Positions 7,922-15,444 of a DNA stretch of 23,822 nucleotides are shown piece after piece; positions within the stretch are counted from its first letter, which is position 1; each line of letters opens with the position of its first letter. The stretch is from a virus (taxonomy: Duplodnaviria > Heunggongvirae > Uroviricota > Caudoviricetes): positions 1-23,822 of the IMG/VR virus record IMGVR_UViG_2671180283_000029. One strand, given 5' to 3'. Under the pieces are notes generated by a model, which was not told the DNA's origin, made no database searches, and saw nothing but the letters and a program-made list of their open reading frames with translations. The position numbers and the translations under genes were made by a program.

Positions 7922-9222
7922 TTTAATAAGCCTCTGGTGTCACTTTGGTGACTATGGGGCATCATTGGGACATAATCTGTCAGCTTCTGATTCAGCATTG
8001 CGATCTGTTCTGCATTGCTGTCAGTCATCCATGCTCCGTATACATTGAATACCATCTGGGCACTTGCATGGCCCATCTGGCTGGCAATGAAGCTTGGGTT
8101 TGCTCCGGCAGATAATGACCAGCACGCATAAGTGTGTCGTGACTGGTATGCCTTTCGATGCCTGATCCCTGCACGCTTAATGGCTGTTTCCCATGAGTCA
8201 CCTACAGAATCGACTTTGTAGACAAAACCTACCTGTTCGCTTTTTCTAACCACTTGAGGGTTAAACACGAAAGTACATTCATGGTTCACTGAACGTCCAT
8301 ATTCACGTAGTTGCACCTTGATGTTGTACTGCTTACCCAGTCTTGTCATTTCAGCCTGATTTTTCAGGACACTGATAGCGGGCTGGATAAGGTGCACAAC
8401 CCTGTTTGTGCTTGCTTCAGTTTTCGGTAGAGTGAACTCACCAAGTTTCGTATAATTGCGCCTGATGGTAATTGTTCCTGCCTTCAGATCGATATCTTCC
8501 CAGGCCAGGGAGACCAGTTCACCGTGACGCATTCCTGTGTACACAGCCAATGACCACAGGTTTTTCGTCTGCTGATGTCGGCAAGCATCTATCAGGCGAA
8601 TAAATTCGTCACGAGTTAGCGGATCTGGCTCTGCCCTGGCTCTTTTAAGAGGCTTAATTCCCTGGAAGGGATTTGCTTCTAAGTAACCGTGATCTGCAGC
8701 AAACTGAAACATTCCAGCGATTGTCGTCATGTAATAATTTACAGTAACGACGCTCCGTCCTTTTGCTGCTGCTTTGTTTTTCGTTGAATTCTGATACCCG
8801 GTCAGCAAATCTTTCCTGATATACAGCAATTCCTCTTTGGTTACCGATGACACCAGTCTACTGCCTCCAATTTTCGGAACCATCGTTCTTGCAACGGATT
8901 CATAGCGATTGAATGCATTTGCAGAGATTTCCATTCGTTTCAGATCCAGCCACTTTTCTTCAAGTTTCTTCACCGTAATTTCTTTTTTACTTACCCCAAA
9001 AGCCTGAAGGTTGGGGGAGTCAGGGAACTGTGCAGCATAATCAAAGCTTCCTGTGCGGATGGCAAAACATACTGATGTCCGCAGTTCCCCGGCGATCTTC
9101 CTGTTCTTGGCAGTGTCAGGGACACCAAGATTTTCCCTGACACGTTTACCTTTAAAATTAAACCAGATGCGTAATGTGCCGCCGTGGTTTTCGACGCCTG
9201 TTGGATATTTGACTTTATCCAT
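7909..9222 (-). CDS. int: phage tyrosine integrase (437 aa)
   Basis: C-terminal catalytic region with Arg/His/Tyr pattern (GMRHGELVSL, SRHTYACW, MGHAS, VYGAW); GGAGG SD; adjacent to the chromosomal gene remnant and followed by an excisionase-like gene. Confidence 0.9.
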   Translation of the reverse strand: MDKVKYPTGVENHGGTLRIWFNFKGKRVRENLGVPDTAKNRKIAGELRTSVCFAIRTGSFDYAAQFPDSPNLQAFGVSKKEITVKKLEEKWLDLKRMEISANAFNRYESVARTMVPKIGGSRLVSSVTKEELLYIRKDLLTGYQNSTKNKAAAKGRSVVTVNYYMTTIAGMFQFAADHGYLEANPFQGIKPLKRARAEPDPLTRDEFIRLIDACRHQQTKNLWSLAVYTGMRHGELVSLAWEDIDLKAGTITIRRNYTKLGEFTLPKTEASTNRVVHLIQPAISVLKNQAEMTRLGKQYNIKVQLREYGRSVNHECTFVFNPQVVRKSEQVGFVYKVDSVGDSWETAIKRAGIRHRKAYQSRHTYACWSLSAGANPSFIASQMGHASAQMVFNVYGAWMTDSNAEQIAMLNQKLTDYVPMMPHSHQSDTRGLLKSVS

Positions 9223-9277
9223 CGATACCTCCAGACGCCCAAGAGCGATACGAGCTTACATATTTCATGATATTAAA

Positions 9278-9514
9278 TCACCTGGGTTGTTTGTTTTTCA
9301 TTGAGGCGACCCAGGCATCTATTGCTTTTCTGTTATACATACATTCACTGGAAGGCTTTGGATTACCGTCTGGTGATACGTGAATATACTCTCTTCCAAC
9401 CATCCAGCATTCTTTCCGGGCCCGAAGAATTGTGCCTGGTTTGAGCCCGGTAATTGCGATAAGAACGCTTTCACAAACCCATTCATTGGGAGTCAGTTGA
9501 ATCACATTGCCCAT
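9278..9514 (-). CDS. xis: excisionase-like protein (78 aa)
   Basis: Small protein immediately upstream of int on the same strand; WMVGREYIHV resembles the lambda Xis winged-helix region (DGREYLFH). Confidence 0.6.
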   Translation of the reverse strand: MGNVIQLTPNEWVCESVLIAITGLKPGTILRARKECWMVGREYIHVSPDGNPKPSSECMYNRKAIDAWVASMKNKQPR

Positions 9515-9522
9515 GCATTACC

Positions 9523-9669
9523 TCACACAACACTCAGCCCACGGCAGTGGTACCACACTTCAAACATTCGTTTCACAATTTCACGACAGTAGAAGACGTC
9601 AACATCTCGCGTCAGGTCATAGCGATTGCCGTAACGCTGGCGCACCCATAGCTCAAACGCTTTATTCAT
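9523..9669 (-). CDS. small hypothetical protein (48 aa, MNKAFELWVRQRYGNRYDLTRDVDVFYCREIVKRMFEVWYHCRGLSVV)
   Basis: ATG at 9669 with AAGGAAG SD; fills the gap between xis and the next gene; below the track size cutoff. Confidence 0.35.
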   Translation of the reverse strand: MNKAFELWVRQRYGNRYDLTRDVDVFYCREIVKRMFEVWYHCRGLSVV

Positions 9670-9672
9670 TCT

Positions 9673-9915
9673 TTACTTCCTTTTCATGGCCCGTAATTTT
9701 TTCAGATGAGCTTCCTGCTCTGTTTCTGCCAGAATTTGTCGGTATTCCTGGTGATCAATCCGTTCAAACAGTTCATTGAAATCGTTTATTTTTACTGACT
9801 GTGTTCGCCCATCCATTCTTCTGTACAACACAGTGTTGTTTATGCAGCGAACAATTTTTACCGGGTAACCGGCATTGTCGGTATACAGTTGTCCCTGATT
9901 AATCAAAGCGAACAT
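9673..9915 (-). CDS. hypothetical phage protein (80 aa)
   Basis: Internal ATG at 9915 preceded by AGGAG SD; the track's longer 121-aa version would overlap the upstream gene. Confidence 0.5.
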   Translation of the reverse strand: MFALINQGQLYTDNAGYPVKIVRCINNTVLYRRMDGRTQSVKINDFNELFERIDHQEYRQILAETEQEAHLKKLRAMKRK

Positions 9916-9946
9916 TTTTTCTCCTGCTCTCTGAATAGTGAGAACT

Positions 9947-10318
9947 TCAGAGCCGTATGTTTGTAGCGGGTTCAATACTGATAATTTCTGCTGAGATAAG
10001 CATCCCGGCAAGCCAGAGCTCTCCGGACAGATCTTCATCCTGGCATGTCAGTTCGCCAATATTAATGGTGGCCATGATATCTGTTTCCCCTGTACGCTCA
10101 TCCTCGACTTCTTCATAAGGCAGCGTTGCGTACAGGCTTTCAATAGCGCAACTGATAACATCGAGTCCGGTCAGGTTGCCACCGACAGTGACTTCGAATG
10201 TTTCGCGGTATTCCCATTGCCCGAAAGTTAATCGAACGGTTTGTTTCGCCATGCGTCCGCATGACGTCAGATTTGGGTCATAGTTCATTATTTGCGGTTG
10301 AGTATTATGAGTGTTCAT
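9947..10318 (-). CDS. hypothetical phage protein (123 aa), acidic
   Basis: ORF in the leftward early operon; no recognisable motif. Confidence 0.5.
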   Translation of the reverse strand: MNTHNTQPQIMNYDPNLTSCGRMAKQTVRLTFGQWEYRETFEVTVGGNLTGLDVISCAIESLYATLPYEEVEDERTGETDIMATINIGELTCQDEDLSGELWLAGMLISAEIISIEPATNIRL

Positions 10319-10359
10319 CTGCTTTTCCCTTAGCCCGACGGCCTGCCGGGCATATTAAG

Positions 10360-11187
10360 TTATTTAACCTGGATAAATGGTGTATTGGCACCGCTGGTCA
10401 TGTATTGCGGCAGCGTGCCATTCCATTTATTGATGGCTTCCAGCTCCATAACACCGGGGTTCTGACGCAGAGCTTCACCGCGTAAACGAATAGCATCGGC
10501 TTCAGCCTGGGCTTTTGTGCGAATCGCATCAGCCTGTCCGGCAGCTTCCGCGCGCAACATGTTGGCTTCCGCTTCGCGCTGTTTTACTTCCTGCTCGCGT
10601 TGCAGAGTTTTCTGGTTCGCCGTGACTTTGGCATTAATGCTGTCGATAACAGTAGGCGGGTACTCCGGCTTACCCACATATGAGAGGCTTATTACCTGAA
10701 TACCGATGGGCGTCATTTCTTCCTGAATGTCTTTAAGAGCTGCATCCAGCAGCTCAGACTTGCCGCCGTCGATAAATTTGTCGGTGGTCATTTTGCTGGC
10801 CAGTCGGTTGAGTGCGTCGGCTATCTTCTGGCGCAGGTCGGTGTCGGTAATGTCGTCCACGCCTTTGCGGTAGGTCTGAAAGACTGTGGTAACTTTGGAT
10901 GGATCAACCTTGTAGGCTACTCCGATGTGGTAACCAATGGTTGTTCCATCGCTCATCTGGAAACTGAATGGATCATCGTAGGTCTTCATCTGCTTAAAGG
11001 TCGGGAAGATATAAACTTCAGTGTTCCAGCCTGTCCAGTAGCGACCAACACCGACCACTTCACCGACGCCTTTGTCGTCGCCAAGTTTGTTGACTTTGAT
11101 GCCCACATTACCAGGCTCAACACGATCACAACCGACAAGGCCAATGGCAGGCAGAACAATGGCTAAAGAAAAAATAATTTTTTTCAT
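10360..11187 (-). CDS. SPFH/band-7 (prohibitin/stomatin-like) domain lipoprotein, 275 aa
   Basis: Signal peptide with lipobox LVGC (MKKIIFSLAIVLPAIGLVGC); band-7-like core; C-terminal Ala/Glu/Arg/Gln-rich coiled coil typical of SPFH oligomerisation tails; AAGGA SD; ATGA overlap with the upstream small gene. Confidence 0.75.
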   Translation of the reverse strand: MKKIIFSLAIVLPAIGLVGCDRVEPGNVGIKVNKLGDDKGVGEVVGVGRYWTGWNTEVYIFPTFKQMKTYDDPFSFQMSDGTTIGYHIGVAYKVDPSKVTTVFQTYRKGVDDITDTDLRQKIADALNRLASKMTTDKFIDGGKSELLDAALKDIQEEMTPIGIQVISLSYVGKPEYPPTVIDSINAKVTANQKTLQREQEVKQREAEANMLRAEAAGQADAIRTKAQAEADAIRLRGEALRQNPGVMELEAINKWNGTLPQYMTSGANTPFIQVK

Positions 11188-11372
11188 CTTTTATCCTTAG
11201 TGAAAGAAAGCCCCTTATAAATGGTATAAATGCATGGCGGGGTTAGAAACGTCAGTGCAAAGCCAGAAATCACCGCTACCGTATCCTTCATTGATATCAG
11301 AAACGGGACGAGCAATCCGTAAATACATGCGATAATTGCCAGTGATATAACTATTCTGAAATAAATATTCAT
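11184..11372 (-). CDS. small membrane protein (62 aa, two predicted TM helices) coupled to the SPFH lipoprotein
   Basis: Two hydrophobic stretches (IVISLAIIACIYGLLVPFLI and AVISGFALTFLTPPCIYTI); AGGAGG SD; its stop overlaps the lipoprotein ATG. Confidence 0.55.
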   Translation of the reverse strand: MNIYFRIVISLAIIACIYGLLVPFLISMKDTVAVISGFALTFLTPPCIYTIYKGLSFTKDKR

Positions 11373-11432
11373 GGTCCTCCTGCTGTATTCGGCTTGCCTT
11401 ATTTAATTGCGTCATGGTTAATTTCGTTTACG

Positions 11433-11825
11433 TCAGAATGGTTTTGTTGCCATCAGTTCGTAATATCCGGCGCTCCATGTGTCATATTTTCTGAACCATT
11501 TTTCTGTATACTGTTTCCTGGCGATGAGTCTGCGCAGTCGTCTGATTGTTCGCTGGTGTGCGCGGGTGTACTCTGTGGTTGATTCTCCACGTTTCCATAT
11601 CTCATTCCCGTTGAAGATAAAACGCTTGTCAGGATGGCGTTGTCGGAATCCTGAACGTTCAAAAGCGCGGGTGGTCATAAAGAATGCCAGGTAACGAATT
11701 GCCGTTTTTCGAGTGAGGCATTTTTTTGTTCTTCCGTGGCGTGTTACAAAAAATAACGGGCCGACGGGTGTATCATGTTTCTGTAATGCCTGGTCAATGG
11801 CGCTGGCGGTGCGGTTGTCGATCAT
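11433..11825 (-). CDS. hypothetical basic protein (130 aa)
   Basis: ORF in the coupled leftward operon; Arg/Lys-rich; start overlaps the upstream gene stop. Confidence 0.5.
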   Translation of the reverse strand: MIDNRTASAIDQALQKHDTPVGPLFFVTRHGRTKKCLTRKTAIRYLAFFMTTRAFERSGFRQRHPDKRFIFNGNEIWKRGESTTEYTRAHQRTIRRLRRLIARKQYTEKWFRKYDTWSAGYYELMATKPF

Positions 11826-12040
11826 TTCTTTATTTCTCCTGAATAACGTTCATGACTCATTACTTCCCAGTTCCGGCCGTCGTCTTTCGATAACAGCCGC
11901 CAGCGACGGTTAACCTTCAGACTGAGACATCCGTTGCGCTGTATCCGATGCGGGAATATACGTCGGCATCTGTACCGCCGCAGGACCAGCAACGCCTGCT
12001 GGTGGACCCACTCAGGAATTCGCGTTGCTGTTAATGTCAC
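11822..12040 (-). CDS. hypothetical protein (72 aa)
   Basis: GTG start at 12040 with AGGAGG SD 6 nt upstream; ATGA-type junction with the downstream gene. Confidence 0.4.
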   Translation of the reverse strand: MTLTATRIPEWVHQQALLVLRRYRCRRIFPHRIQRNGCLSLKVNRRWRLLSKDDGRNWEVMSHERYSGEIKK

Positions 12041-12227
12041 TGGTTTCCTCCTGAGCAGGTGCTGTTATCTGATACCCCGCTCTTTCTGCCAGCCATATGA
12101 ATGTATCCATGCTGGCAATCAGCTCTCCATCGCGGACTTTGCAGACATCTGTTACCTGGCCATTTTCAATTGTCATAACGATCTGCACTTTTTCGTGCAC
12201 AACAGATACAGGGGATAAATTAGCCAT
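12012..12227 (-). CDS. hypothetical protein (71 aa)
   Basis: ATG at 12227 with GGAGG SD; overlaps the stop of the upstream gene. Confidence 0.45.
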   Translation of the reverse strand: MANLSPVSVVHEKVQIVMTIENGQVTDVCKVRDGELIASMDTFIWLAERAGYQITAPAQEETSDINSNANS

Positions 12228-12586
12228 CAGTTAATTCCTCCGCTGATATATTTTTCTTTCGCGTAATCAATAACCTCTTGTAAAAGGTTGTCTATAATTA
12301 ACTTTCCGGTTTCAGCCTGGTATTCAGTATGTTGATTAATCCCGATGGCATTCTGGTATGCAGTTCGGAATTCTGTTTCACCCTCCACTCGACCCAATTC
12401 ACCACGGGTAATATCTTCAAAGCGCAACAGCAACTGGTTTATAAACTGTTCTGTTATTTCTATGGTCGTAATGTTCCCATTCAGAAGGTCAACAATAAGC
12501 AGTTCACCACCTGTTTTACGTTTTATTCGATGGAGTTCTGCAACAGCTATACGGCGACGATATGTATTAATGGATTCATGTGTCAT
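12227..12586 (-). CDS. hypothetical protein (119 aa)
   Basis: ORF in the coupled leftward operon. Confidence 0.5.
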   Translation of the reverse strand: MTHESINTYRRRIAVAELHRIKRKTGGELLIVDLLNGNITTIEITEQFINQLLLRFEDITRGELGRVEGETEFRTAYQNAIGINQHTEYQAETGKLIIDNLLQEVIDYAKEKYISGGIN

Positions 12587-12589
12587 TTG

Positions 12590-12703
12590 TTATTTCCCGT
12601 ATGCTTTACGCAGAAATAAGCAGGCAATATGCATGTAATTTTCACCGTATTGTGCAATAAGACAGGCGGTCTTGTGTGATGCCATATTCTTTATAAAAGT
12701 CAT
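12590..12703 (-). CDS. small hypothetical protein (37 aa, MTFIKNMASHKTACLIAQYGENYMHIACLFLRKAYGK)
   Basis: ATG at 12703 with perfect AGGAGG SD 7 nt upstream; ends 4 nt before the next gene's start; below the track cutoff. Confidence 0.3.
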   Translation of the reverse strand: MTFIKNMASHKTACLIAQYGENYMHIACLFLRKAYGK

Positions 12704-12781
12704 AATAAAGCCTCCTGTGGATTAAGATTGTAACAATCCCCGGCGATAAAACCGCAATAAACCTTCAGGGCATATTTGTTG

Positions 12782-13147
12782 TTATTGCGCTAATTCTTTT
12801 TCGGCAGCAGCTTTTGCATACTCACATGCAAAATTCAGAATTTCGCTGCCGAGTGTTTTCGTTTCGTGATTACTGGACATATGTAATACCTGTGTTGCAT
12901 GCAATAAATGATAAACATTTACCGCAAATGAATCAGGCTCCAGACAAATGCCTTCGTAATTATCTTGCTGTGAGGTTGTTTCTGTCATTGCTTCTGAAGT
13001 GCATGCGAGCCTGTTTTTGACAATTCTCTTTCCTCTAATCACTATATCGGCAACATCTATTGCCTTTACAACCTCCGGGAGAAGTTCCGGGTTTGTATAA
13101 TCAAAGTCATCAACATGGAGAACAGTTATGTTTTCGAACTTTTTCAT
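12782..13147 (-). CDS. hypothetical protein (121 aa); first gene of the leftward early operon (lambda N map position, not N-like)
   Basis: ORF preceded by a divergent intergenic region (13148-13326) containing inverted repeats; not arginine-rich like N. Confidence 0.5.
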   Translation of the reverse strand: MKKFENITVLHVDDFDYTNPELLPEVVKAIDVADIVIRGKRIVKNRLACTSEAMTETTSQQDNYEGICLEPDSFAVNVYHLLHATQVLHMSSNHETKTLGSEILNFACEYAKAAAEKELAQ

Positions 13148-13326
13148 GGCTTCCTCAGCTGACTTATATGTCCTGCTATATAGCGAGTCTCAGAAGTGTT
13201 TTCATATTGAGACTGTTTCCGCAATGATTGATAATCAGTTACCGGATGCTTATCCGTGTCCGGCGCACGACCACACGTAGCCGCGTGTTGGTCCCCATTT
13301 TCAATTCAGCTCTCAATGGAGGATAA

Positions 13327-13554
13327 ATGATTAACGCAGAGCAACTCGAAAAAGAGATTTCAGAACTCAAAAAAGAATTAATTTGGCACAAAGTTGCTAT
13401 CTCCGCATTAATTCGTCAGGTAGTTTCACCTGAAGATAAAGTAAAGTTTATGAAGCAGCTCTCATCTTCATCAAAGGAGTTTTTCACTGACGAGGTTCAT
13501 CCAGAGGCTGGATTTTGGATCCGTCAATTATTTTCGCAAGATAAGCGTAAATAG
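13327..13554 (+). CDS. hypothetical small coiled-coil protein (75 aa)
   Basis: ATG with GGAGG SD 5 nt upstream; converges on and overlaps the 3' end of the minus-strand 80-aa gene by 71 nt. Confidence 0.45.
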   Translation: MINAEQLEKEISELKKELIWHKVAISALIRQVVSPEDKVKFMKQLSSSSKEFFTDEVHPEAGFWIRQLFSQDKRK

Positions 13555-13726
13555 CGTCATCAATACTCGCGTCGCTCTTGAATTTAAGAGCGATGCTCTT
13601 TATATCCTCTGAAATTATTACCAGATCACCATATGTTATATTTTTATTATTGCGCGCAGTGCTTTTTTGTATGAAATCAAGCAATTCACCAATGAGACAA
13701 ATATGGTAAGCATTACAGTTTTTCAT
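13484..13726 (-). CDS. hypothetical protein (80 aa), gene B of the cI-adjacent module
   Basis: ATG at 13726 overlaps the TGA of the upstream HTH gene (ATGA junction); the track's longer version starts further upstream in the other gene. Confidence 0.5.
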   Translation of the reverse strand: MKNCNAYHICLIGELLDFIQKSTARNNKNITYGDLVIISEDIKSIALKFKSDASIDDAIYAYLAKIIDGSKIQPLDEPRQ

Positions 13727-14184
13727 GCGCAGATATCCTTTGCTGCCGTTTCGCCAGTTAACAGCCACATCGCATCGCAGCCAAGAATATTTGCCAGTGG
13801 GATAAGCATACTGATAGTTGGTTCATACTCTCCGCTCTCCCACTGGATGATAATTTCTTCATCGAGATCGAGCAGCCTGGCGAGTTCGGCGGTTGTTAAG
13901 CCGCAGGCTTCGCGTTGGGTGCGAAGGTTAACCAGCCAGCTTTCAGGGAAGGATTGTTTTTGTTGCGCAGGAGAAGCAGCAGATAGAGCATATTCATGGA
14001 TAAATTCCATTATCTCAATGCCCAGTTCCTTTGAGCGAGCACAATCCAGAAGATGGAATGTGCGTACAGCACTTAGCAAATTTGCAATATTTAATGCAAA
14101 GGAATCAAGTTCTAAGCCCTTAAGCGTAACACAGCCGCAGTTGATAAAATTAGTTGTTTCTGGAGTTGCTTTTAGTGTCTTCAT
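13723..14184 (-). CDS. XRE-family HTH protein with an unknown N-terminal domain (153 aa), gene A of the cI-adjacent module
   Basis: C-terminal LRTQREACGLTTAELARLLDLDEEIIIQWESGEYEPTISMLIPLANILGCDAMWLL is a classic XRE helix-turn-helix; ATG at 14184 with GGCGGA SD (track start at 14214 is TTG); N-terminal ~85 aa unrecognised. Confidence 0.6.
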   Translation of the reverse strand: MKTLKATPETTNFINCGCVTLKGLELDSFALNIANLLSAVRTFHLLDCARSKELGIEIMEFIHEYALSAASPAQQKQSFPESWLVNLRTQREACGLTTAELARLLDLDEEIIIQWESGEYEPTISMLIPLANILGCDAMWLLTGETAAKDICA

Positions 14185-14237
14185 ATATCCGCCAACAATT
14201 TTAAATTGAATCAAATCAAGTTATAATTGATGGTGCG

Positions 14238-14266
14238 ATATTATGTTTTGGGAAATAGCCTGTCAA
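14238..14266 (-). promoter_or_regulatory. near-consensus sigma70-type promoter for the gene A-B module
   Basis: On the minus strand TTGACA (rc of 14261-14266), 17-nt spacer, TAATAT (rc of 14238-14243); lies between the cI terminator and gene A. Confidence 0.45.
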
Positions 14267-14294
14267 GAAAAAATTGATATCGTATATTTCAGGC

Positions 14295-14318
14295 AGAAAA
14301 AAAACGGGCAAAGCCCGT
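14295..14318 (-). terminator. intrinsic terminator downstream of cI
   Basis: On the minus strand ACGGGC-TTT-GCCCGT stem-loop followed by T8. Confidence 0.55.
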
Positions 14319-14330
14319 TAAAATCAAAGA

Positions 14331-15026
14331 CTAACCAAATCTGTTTATGTTGAATGGTACTGATGAGATCACTTTAGACTGGATATAAAGCAGAGCTAAC
14401 CCCTCTTTTTCGATGCTCCATGGTTGATAATTGGGGTTATCAGATAACACCATGATTTTGCTTCCAATTTTTTGAAGCCTTTTCACGTAGCATTCTCCAT
14501 CAAAACAAAATGCATAAATACCATCGCCATCAAAATAAGTTACTGTCTTATCAAGAAAAAGAAGGTCGCCAGGTGAGATTGTGGGAGCCATACTGTCTCC
14601 TCTGGCGTTACCTATTTCTATATTTTTGAATGCCCGATTCCCAACAAGACGTCGGGCATATTCAGGATCAAGTTCTATTGAGCGCACTACATCTATCAAG
14701 TCACCACGGACATGAGTTCCATCACCGCAACTAAACTCAACATCAAGGACATTAAACACGACACTATCTGTTCTTGTCTGGTGTTTCTCTTGCGAGGAAA
14801 AGGTTGGTGAGGAGTCTTCACCTAAGAACCAGGATTGTGGATAACCGCTAATCTCTGATAAATGCGCGAGCTTATCACTCCGTGGAAATGTTTTTCCTGT
14901 TGTCCAGTACTGCACTGATTGCGCACTCACACCTAACTTGCGGGCCAGTTGAGCCTGAGTCCATCCTTTTGCTTTCAGCATCGCGGCTATTCGATTTTCC
15001 GTGTTTTTGACGTTCTTCATGACCAA
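14331..15026 (-). CDS. cI: CI-type prophage repressor (HTH_XRE plus S24 LexA-like peptidase), 231 aa
   Basis: N-terminal HTH (KGWTQAQLARKLGVSAQSVQYWTTGKTFP); C-terminal S24 signature with GDSM serine and VKRL lysine; divergent from the cro-like gene. Confidence 0.85.
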   Translation of the reverse strand: MVMKNVKNTENRIAAMLKAKGWTQAQLARKLGVSAQSVQYWTTGKTFPRSDKLAHLSEISGYPQSWFLGEDSSPTFSSQEKHQTRTDSVVFNVLDVEFSCGDGTHVRGDLIDVVRSIELDPEYARRLVGNRAFKNIEIGNARGDSMAPTISPGDLLFLDKTVTYFDGDGIYAFCFDGECYVKRLQKIGSKIMVLSDNPNYQPWSIEKEGLALLYIQSKVISSVPFNINRFG

Positions 15027-15153
15027 ATCCTGTGGGTTTCTTTACAAGGATAAATCTTTACTTGATTTTAGTGTATTCGATCCTTTTGCAACTTGCATGT
15101 TAATTTAAACTTGATGTATTCTTGATTTATAAAGTTAATATTGGTGCTTTGTT
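15027..15153. promoter_or_regulatory. cI/cro divergent promoter-operator region (pRM/pR equivalent)
   Basis: 127-bp AT-rich spacer between divergent cI and cro-like genes containing three copies of a CTTGAT-containing motif; exact operators not resolved. Confidence 0.45.
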
Positions 15154-15444
15154 ATGGAAGGAAATGATTACGACAAACTTCGTGCATTAATTGCGCAAAA
15201 TGCCATAGCGCGAAATCTTGGTGTGACGCCGCAAGCGGTGAATCAGTGGTTTTCAAAAAGCACAATTCCTGCTCGTTTCGTTTTACGAGTATGTGAAGTA
15301 GTTGCATGGAAGGTTACACCTCATGGCTTAAGGCCAGATCTTTATCCTCACCCTGAAGATGGAATTCCTAACTTGTTACGCAAAAGCCTAAATCCAAGTT
15401 CACCACACAGAGCGGATGGAATACACGCAGGAGATAAACAATGA
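15154..15444 (+). CDS. Cro-like (YdaS-type) HTH regulator, 96 aa
   Basis: Position divergent from cI; HTH-like segment ARNLGVTPQAVNQWFSKSTIP; stop overlaps the next ATG (ATGA). Confidence 0.55.
   Translation: MEGNDYDKLRALIAQNAIARNLGVTPQAVNQWFSKSTIPARFVLRVCEVVAWKVTPHGLRPDLYPHPEDGIPNLLRKSLNPSSPHRADGIHAGDKQ

Noticed and set aside
11215-11694. Overlapping ORFs 11215-11415 (minus), 11394-11582 (plus), 11453-11662 (minus), 11479-11694 (plus)
   Set aside because: Alternate-frame or antisense overlaps of the coupled genes 11184-11372 and 11433-11825, which have SD and overlap-junction support.
12329-12638. Plus-strand ORFs 12329-12619 and 12345-12638
   Set aside because: Antisense to the coupled minus-strand operon (12227-12586 and the 37-aa ORF); no SD; the minus-strand genes have ATGA coupling and SD support.
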